From contig CAVXAT010000001.1 in NCBI GenBank assembly GCA_963759805.1, positions 256,001 to 320,000 of the forward strand: a stretch of DNA of 64,000 nucleotides, in the 5' to 3' direction. The translations under genes were made by a program, and so were the position numbers. The notes below the pieces were generated by a model. It had not been told where the DNA came from. It saw only the letters and a list, made by a program, of their open reading frames with translations, and ran no database searches. The DNA is from an uncultured bacterium. Its GTDB lineage: Bacteria; Babelota; Babeliae; Babelales; RVW-14. Of the stretch, positions 57,689-64,000 are shown in pieces; position 1 is the stretch's first letter; each line of letters starts with the position of its first letter.

Positions 57689-58657
57689 ATGGTTTCTATT
57701 CAAAATGATGAATTAACAAAACAAATAATTGAGATTAAAAAAAACCACAGCGGAGAAAAAACTGAGGCCGGTGGTTTGAAAATTGAAAATTTACTTACAG
57801 ATAGATTAAAACATGATCCTGATAACATTGATCTTCTATTCAGGCTAGCTATGTTGAATGTATACGAACCATTTACAGACTATCCAGCTTGCTGTGTATT
57901 TTTTGAAAGAGTCATCGCAGTTAGCAAAAAACACGAATCTATCGCTAACATTTGTATCAAGTATAATGATTACGATTTTTTTGCAATTAAACACGCCATT
58001 TCTTGGATCTTCGAAGGCAAAGATCGTAATTTAATTAATGACACTACCAACCAGTTGCTCAACCAAATTATTGAGACGGGCAAATGTAATAATGTTCCTG
58101 AAGCAAAGGTTTCCCTTGAGGGCGAACTTAAACATAAGCCAAACAATGTAGAAACACTATTTTTATTAGCTATGTTAGAACCTTGGGATAAAGCAATTGA
58201 ATTGTTTAAAAAAATTATCAACATAAGCAAAGAAAACGAAGCCATTGCCACGGTATTTTATGCTTACTTGGTAGATATTCACTACATAATAGATCAAGAT
58301 TTATTGAACAGATTAAATAGTCTTCAAACAGACAATCCCGAAATAAATTCCATGATCAAATATGCCATTTCATGGTTCTATGCTGAAAATACACCTCATA
58401 ACAATCCTATTCTTGAAGAAAAATATCTTAAAGAATCTATTGAACTTTACCAAGGACATGCATGGAACTATGTACATCTTGCAGAATTATATAATAAGCA
58501 AGGAATGGGAATTAAAGCTGAGCAACTAATGCATAAAGCTCGGTCGAATGTAAAAAAAGAATATTCTAGCAATGCTAAATTTAAAAATTATGATCCAACC
58601 AGTTTAAATCGGCTTTTAAACGAACTTATTACTGGCATCTCATCTGATAATGTCTAA
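57689..58657 (+). CDS. TPR-like helical repeat protein
   Basis: Internal duplication (HDPDNIDLLFRLA / HKPNNVETLFLLA; AISWIF / AISWFY). Confidence 0.7.
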   Translation: MVSIQNDELTKQIIEIKKNHSGEKTEAGGLKIENLLTDRLKHDPDNIDLLFRLAMLNVYEPFTDYPACCVFFERVIAVSKKHESIANICIKYNDYDFFAIKHAISWIFEGKDRNLINDTTNQLLNQIIETGKCNNVPEAKVSLEGELKHKPNNVETLFLLAMLEPWDKAIELFKKIINISKENEAIATVFYAYLVDIHYIIDQDLLNRLNSLQTDNPEINSMIKYAISWFYAENTPHNNPILEEKYLKESIELYQGHAWNYVHLAELYNKQGMGIKAEQLMHKARSNVKKEYSSNAKFKNYDPTSLNRLLNELITGISSDNV

Positions 58658-58719
58658 GTTATAAAAATTTAGTTTTACCCTAAAAAACATGTGCTACTAA
58701 AAAACAAATAGTTGAAAAC

Positions 58720-59434
58720 ATGGTTTCTACTCAAAATGATGAATTAACAAAACAAATTATTGAGATGAGCAAGAAAAATGAAGAATTAAAAATTGAAAAG
58801 CTACTTGAAGAAATTTTAATAAACGATCCCGAGAATATAGATATTCTCTTTAGATTAGCTTGTCTGGAAATGTACATGCCATTCGCTGATTATTACGCAT
58901 GTTACATATATCTTGAAAAAATTATCTCCATTAGCCAAAAGCATGCAGTTATTGCTTCATCTTGTCTAACATACATTGAGCAAGGCTATCCAAGTGGAGA
59001 CGCTACTAAGCCTGATTATCTATATCCCATACTACGACAGGCCCTCTTATGGTTCTATGAAGTGCAAAAAACATGGGTTACTGATAATGCACTTAAACAA
59101 ATAATCGAGAATGGCAAGGTTGATAATCCTGAAAAAATCAGGCACGATCTCGAAGTAAAATTACACCAAAATCCCAATGATATCGGAACGCTACTTCTCC
59201 TGTCTCTTATTGAACTATTGTGCTCAGACACGAATCTTCAAAAAAGTGCTGGTTTTCTAAAAAAAATACTCTCATTTTGCAAAGAAACAGAGGCCACAGC
59301 CCTAGTCTTTCTTACATATATCAAAGATCTTACTTACATTGATGAAGCCTTGATGAAGAGGGTAGATGCCCTTCATACAGACAATGCTGAAATAAATTCC
59401 ATGCTTAAATATGCTGTTTCATGGTTCTATAATA
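58720..59434 (+). pseudogene. Paralog of 57689-58657 truncated by IS982
   Basis: Shares MVSxQNDELTKQIIE and TDNxEINSMxKYAxSWFY; the frame runs into the IS end. Confidence 0.8.
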
Positions 59435-60458
59435 ACCTGAGTTCGACGTTATAAAAAGTTAAGCATGGGCTGGTAAATTAAGCATAAACTTGCTTCGAAG
59501 TGATGGCTTTTTTGGCAAGAAACAATATGCAACAAGTCCGGCAATAAGATTGACAACAAAGTTTGTTGGGCTGCGATGTCGAGAGTGCTCTATTTGACAG
59601 GTTTCTTTGAGTATACAGTTGACTGATTCTATGATTCCACGCTTACTAAGGCCAAGTCTATCTTCCATTTCCATGATTTGAATTTTCATTTTTTTCTTCA
59701 ATTTTGTAATGAGTTTTATGCCTTTTGCAAAAAGCGCGTCAAAGAGCTTCTTTGAAATATATCCTCGATCTCCCCAAAGCTTTCCGAAGCACTTTCGGGC
59801 AAGGTTGGTTACTACAGATGCGTTGTTGTCGGCAACATTACCAGGTGTGAGCATGAAAGATACTATCTCTCCGCACTAATTGATAATCAGATGAAGTTTA
59901 AATCCATAAAACCATCCAGTAGACGTTTTTCCGCGTGCAGCAATTCCAGAAAACACCTTGTTTCTGTTGATTCGCAAATTATGACATACATGAAGCTTTG
60001 TTGAATCGATAAATCCAAAGCCTGTACATTTGTTTTTACAACACAAATTCATAAAAATTGTTAACGGCACAAGAGCCTGCGGAACCAGCTCTATAAAGCG
60101 ATTATAGCTGACGATCCCGTCGAATGCGCCCTTCAAATCGCCACATTCTTTATAATATTTTTTAAAAGTACGATATCCAGAGTGATGAAAATAAATGAGT
60201 ATCGTCAGAATGTCACTGAGAGACATTCTTTTCTGTTCTCTTTTTACCAATGCCGATAAATCTGCAGAAATTGAATGTGCATCTAGATGTGTTTTAAAAT
60301 CTTTACAAAAATTGTCTACGTCATAAAAAATTTGAGTTAAAATCATTTTACTTCCCTTTTTGAAATCCTTTTTTAGATTGGTTTTAACATTCTAAATCTA
60401 TAGAGGATTTGCTTTAAGGGAAGTCCTTTTCAAAGAATTTTAATTGTCGAACTCAGGT
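59435..60458 (-). mobile_element. IS982 family element
   Basis: Terminal IRs ACCTGAGTTCGAC / GTCGAACTCAGGT; 1024 bp; no exact TSD. Confidence 0.92.
59459..60346 (-). pseudogene. IS982 transposase with in-frame TAG
   Basis: FIDST, GWFYGFKLHLIIN*CGEI, WGDRGYIS and KRGIIES in one frame; stop at 59876-59878. Confidence 0.9.
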
Positions 60459-60989
60459 TATATTAATCCGTATCCATTGATTAGAGTACAAAGAACAAAA
60501 GGCTTTCTTGATTCTGATCATTTTGGACCATTTAGGATCCCAGAATTTTTAGGATTGCAATACATGGTAGATCCTCAGTTCTCAGTTTGTACTTACGATC
60601 CATCAAAACCGCTTTCTGATCAACCATTTTATAAACTTAATCAGAACGAAGTTATCAAAAACCGGTTAACCGGCACTCCTATGATTATTCCTGCACATAC
60701 GCCAATGCAGGCTGATACATTTGGCCCCATGACCATTCCTGATGGAAAGTATTGGATGATGGGTGACAGCAGAAATAATAGCGGCGATAGCCGTTACTGG
60801 GGACTGCTTGATGAAAGTTTGATTCACGGACGTGCAAGCTTTATTATTTTATCGATAGATACCTCAGAATCCTTTTGGATCTATGATCTCATAAAACACC
60901 CTATCGATTTTTGGACAAAACACATTCGATGGAACTGTTTCTTCAAAGGATTAGGGAAGTATTACGGAAGACCTGATTTAGAAAATTAA
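60459..60989 (+). pseudogene. lepB: 3' part of signal peptidase I, 5' part missing at the IS boundary
   Basis: YWMMGDSRNNSGDSRYWG (box E); catalytic Ser/Lys boxes and start codon are absent. Confidence 0.85.
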
Positions 60990-61034
60990 AAGCTGTACCA
61001 AAAATCCCACAAGCTGTGGGACAAACGAAACAAA

Positions 61035-61583
61035 ATGACAATGCAATATAAATTCACTTTTACCCCAATTGAAGAAAAGAATTTTCCATCATTACAATCA
61101 TTATTACAAAAGTGGTTTGAAATGCCTCATGTTGAACAATGGTGGCCTGTGCCAAGAGAAGGCGAGGATTTTTTCAACTCATTTCTAAAACGCATTCGTT
61201 CCGGCACACAACCTTATCTTGTTTTGTGTAATGATATAGCTATCGGCTACATCCAATGTTATAGCGTTGATTTAACCAAAAGCACGTGGTTGCCTAAATT
61301 ATCCGACAATAAAACCGGCAATATAATTGGCATCGACCAGTTTATTGGTGAACCAGATTATCTGAACAAGGGTATCGGAACTCTCTTTATCAAAGAGTTT
61401 GTTAAAAATCTTATAGCCAAAGATAAAACCTTGACCATTGTTGTGGATCCGGATCCAACAAATGCTGCCGCAATCAGGTGTTATGAAAAAGTAGGCTTTA
61501 AAAAACTTGGTGAATACCAGGCGCCATGGGGCCCAGCCTTGGTTATGAGCTATAAGTTGAATGCTAAAAATTGCCAATTTTGA
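61035..61583 (+). CDS. GNAT acetyltransferase, AAC(6')-Ib/Ie-like
   Basis: PHVEQWW, IGYIQ, GIDQFIGE and DPDPTNAAAIRCYEKVGF. Confidence 0.88.
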   Translation: MTMQYKFTFTPIEEKNFPSLQSLLQKWFEMPHVEQWWPVPREGEDFFNSFLKRIRSGTQPYLVLCNDIAIGYIQCYSVDLTKSTWLPKLSDNKTGNIIGIDQFIGEPDYLNKGIGTLFIKEFVKNLIAKDKTLTIVVDPDPTNAAAIRCYEKVGFKKLGEYQAPWGPALVMSYKLNAKNCQF

Positions 61584-61700
61584 TCTATTTCTATTTAAAT
61601 CTCGCGCTGTGAATCAAAATTGCATCAATTGATTCAATTTTGATTCAATTGATGCAATTAATATTTCAATAGACTTCTTGCATAATTTGGAATTCTAAAA

Positions 61701-61836
61701 AGGCGCGCTCGTGGTTCCTTCGACAGGCTCCCAGGCTTCGCCCTTCGTGTCTACGCCGGGCACGGCAGGACGAGCGCCATCGAGCTGGCGCGCTCGTGGT
61801 GAGCTTGTCGAACCATCACCGATAGGTGACGCGCCG
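61701..61836. repeat. Cluster of nested REP-like palindromes between convergent genes
   Basis: GGCGCGCTCGTGGT twice, CCTTCGACAGGCTC[insert]AGGACGAGCG and GGTGAGCTTGTCGAACC. Confidence 0.85.
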
Positions 61837-61866
61837 GGTTAATGGACGACACGAGATAATTTCCCC

Positions 61867-62796
61867 CTACTTCGGTTCACTGAGAAATAATCCTGATTTT
61901 TCGCATTCACTTATTTCAACATTAGTCCACTCTAGATTTTGTCCCATCAGCATTATATGTTCTTTGATCAAAGGATCATCAGGCCGTTCAAGCTCATTCC
62001 TACGATAGTCCGTAAGCAGATTCAGAAGAATAAGCCTTTGTTTTTTAAGCAACTCACATCTTTCCCCCAAAAGCATTTTATGACGTTTTTCTCTTTCTTG
62101 CGCCCAAATCTTATCCATACTAGTAAGTTGTCTTATACATTCTACAATGCTTGCAACAAGTAAAAAGCCATATACAATTTGCTCATCGCTGCCATTATCA
62201 TTAATAATAATATTATCAACCAGTCGTGTTGCTGTATTTATCCATTTTAAAAGTACGCGACCTTGTGACCACGAATTTTTTACGCCATCAAAATGAGCTA
62301 CGACCAACGCAGTAAATCCCTCAATTATCGGCAGTGCTATGGAATGACAAATAATCAGAGATTTTTTTAATTTTTTTTCAACATCATTTCCAGAATCATT
62401 CTCAGGTTTTTCTTCTTTTTTTATGAAGCAATCCCGAATATGTGCAAGCAAACTTGCAGAATCATACAAAGCCCAAAACCTGTCATATGATTGAAAATCA
62501 AACTCGTTTGAATGAAAATCGTTCACCTCACGCTTATTAGCAATTGCAAGAAATGAACTTGATAATCTCAGAACATCATTAAGTAAAATAAAAGCATGCC
62601 CAGCTTTTGTTTTATGATCATTCAAATTCGCTTTGTTGGCTGCAATTCCAACGGGAATTCGGGCCAGGGCCGCTACTTCTTGCGCAAGCGCAGTGGAACA
62701 GTCAGCATTTGAGAATGCAACAAAAAATTCGAAACCCAATAAAAAAATTATTGTTGAACGTGCAATAATTTTTGACAGTATCTTGTTTTTATACAT
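61867..62796 (-). CDS. Hypothetical membrane/exported protein
   Basis: 309-aa ORF with signal-like N-terminus. Confidence 0.7.
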   Translation of the reverse strand: MYKNKILSKIIARSTIIFLLGFEFFVAFSNADCSTALAQEVAALARIPVGIAANKANLNDHKTKAGHAFILLNDVLRLSSSFLAIANKREVNDFHSNEFDFQSYDRFWALYDSASLLAHIRDCFIKKEEKPENDSGNDVEKKLKKSLIICHSIALPIIEGFTALVVAHFDGVKNSWSQGRVLLKWINTATRLVDNIIINDNGSDEQIVYGFLLVASIVECIRQLTSMDKIWAQEREKRHKMLLGERCELLKKQRLILLNLLTDYRRNELERPDDPLIKEHIMLMGQNLEWTNVEISECEKSGLFLSEPK

Positions 62797-62823
62797 TTTG
62801 TTCTCCTACAACTAATTTTTCCC

Positions 62824-63324
62824 CTATTTCAATTCATTAAAATTCAAAATCTGAATCTTATTTCCCAGTGCACTGATAAATTTTCGTAAATCATCCGGTG
62901 ATATAAATGTGGTTGCATCGTTGGTCAATGGATGAAATCCCAACGTTTGATGATCAAACAAACCCTTGTCCAGCACAACATTAACAACGTGATTTTTATC
63001 ATTGATAAGGCCAAATAGCGTCACCGAACCTGCAGTGACGCCCAGATAACTTTGCAACAAATTTTCATTAGCAAAACGTAATTCAGGGGCATGAATAATT
63101 TTGGATAAATCTTTCAATTTGATTTGCGTATCAAAAAGTGCAACCACAAGCCAAAAATTCTTTTTACTATCCTTGAGAAAAAGATTTTTGCATTGACCAA
63201 ACGGTGGGAACTCTTTGAAAACAGCCACAGCTTCATCAACTGTAAAAACAGGTTTGTGACTGTGTGTTTGGTATTTTATCTTTAAATCATCTAAAAATTT
63301 GAATAATGGCTGCGCGACTACCAT
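62824..63324 (-). CDS. YbaK/ProX family aminoacyl-tRNA deacylase (ProXp-ala/PrdX-like)
   Basis: HKPVFTV, KNLFLKD, GSVTLFGLIND and FHPLTND. Confidence 0.9.
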   Translation of the reverse strand: MVVAQPLFKFLDDLKIKYQTHSHKPVFTVDEAVAVFKEFPPFGQCKNLFLKDSKKNFWLVVALFDTQIKLKDLSKIIHAPELRFANENLLQSYLGVTAGSVTLFGLINDKNHVVNVVLDKGLFDHQTLGFHPLTNDATTFISPDDLRKFISALGNKIQILNFNELK

Positions 63325-63347
63325 TTTTCATGCCCTTTTAAAATTTC

Positions 63348-64000
63348 TTATTTTTTTAAAATATCAGAGCAACGTTTGCAGAGCTGTTCAGCATTATCTG
63401 TAACTTCCCACTGCCAACAGCGCAAGCATTTAATGCCATCAGCATGCTCTACCTTAACATGCAACCAATCCAAATCGGTTTTCTCAAGGGGTTTGTTATT
63501 TTTTTCAAATTCAACTTGAGAAACGATAAACCAGTCTTTGAAGAATCGGGTAACATCTTCCTTCTGTGCCAATTTATCGATAAATTCTTTTAGCTGCTTG
63601 CCTTCTGCTGAGTCCGGATTAATGTGAAGCAAAACTTTGCCCTCTAGTGAATGCTTAACAACACCCTTCTCTCTCAAGCCTTCAATTGACTTAAGAACAG
63701 TATCGCGCATTGCCTCCAACAACGCCCACAAATTCAAATCAGCCCCCTGCTCAAAAACAGGTCTTTCTATCCCCTGAACTCTATCGGCAATCAAGCCCTC
63801 AGGCACAGAATCTTTAAACTCTTGTGCAATTTTTGGACTTAAAAAATCCTGTAAATGAATAGACTCCGATTTATTTTTTTGGTAAAAATCAGAAACCTCT
63901 TCGGCTAAAAATGATAGGACCGGAGCCATTAAGCGAGTAAGTGTATCAAGGTTGTGGTATAACACCGTCTGGACGGATCTGCGCAGTTGGCCGTCAGCCT
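63348..64000 (-). CDS. ileS: Isoleucine--tRNA ligase, C-terminal part (5' end outside the window)
   Basis: RRSVQTVLY, MAPVLSFLAEE, FIVSQV and C-terminal zinc finger KCLRCW...LCKRC. Confidence 0.93.
   Translation of the reverse strand, partial: ADGQLRRSVQTVLYHNLDTLTRLMAPVLSFLAEEVSDFYQKNKSESIHLQDFLSPKIAQEFKDSVPEGLIADRVQGIERPVFEQGADLNLWALLEAMRDTVLKSIEGLREKGVVKHSLEGKVLLHINPDSAEGKQLKEFIDKLAQKEDVTRFFKDWFIVSQVEFEKNNKPLEKTDLDWLHVKVEHADGIKCLRCWQWEVTDNAEQLCKRCSDILKK

Noticed and set aside
59876..59878. Stop-codon recoding or an alternative genetic code
   Set aside because: TAG, TGA and TAA all end normal genes in this window; a single nonsense mutation is simpler.
61035..61583. Bona fide aminoglycoside resistance gene
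   Set aside because: Family resemblance only; the substrate cannot be inferred and there is no integron or resistance context.

Overview
AT-rich bacterial chromosome segment. Its content points to an intracellular symbiont or parasite of protists, most likely Candidatus Dependentiae/Babeliae (TM6); this is an inference from ankyrin proteins, many signal-peptide orphans and a stand-alone MutS-V protein. The window appears to span the replication terminus: a dif-like site lies at 40696-40723, core genes converge on it, and intergenic skew flips from G-rich to C-rich. Core genes include an ABC-F ATPase, MATE, ssb, dnaK, carD, miaA, a PpiD-like chaperone, recA, infC-rpmI-rplT, zapA, rny, gmk, proS, xerD, ogg, dnaN, recF, ruvC, dnaB, rplI, lnt, metK and partial ileS. 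Two insertion sequences (IS701/IS4-like and IS982) disrupt genes. Main observations: (1) a ~25-aa C-terminal peptide plus 3' terminator cassette is shared by two unrelated exported-looking ATPases, one resembling eukaryotic mitochondrial ATAD3; (2) a small GIY-YIG nuclease sits between perfect 47-bp palindromic repeats, and related palindromes are scattered, nested and inserted in frame in lnt, miaA, proS and a pilin-like gene; (3) MetK carries a Sec-type signal peptide; (4) there is a Josephin-like cysteine protease candidate and F-box-like ankyrin proteins; (5) dnaN-recF sits beside dif rather than at oriC. All family calls come from motif recognition by eye; no searches were run.
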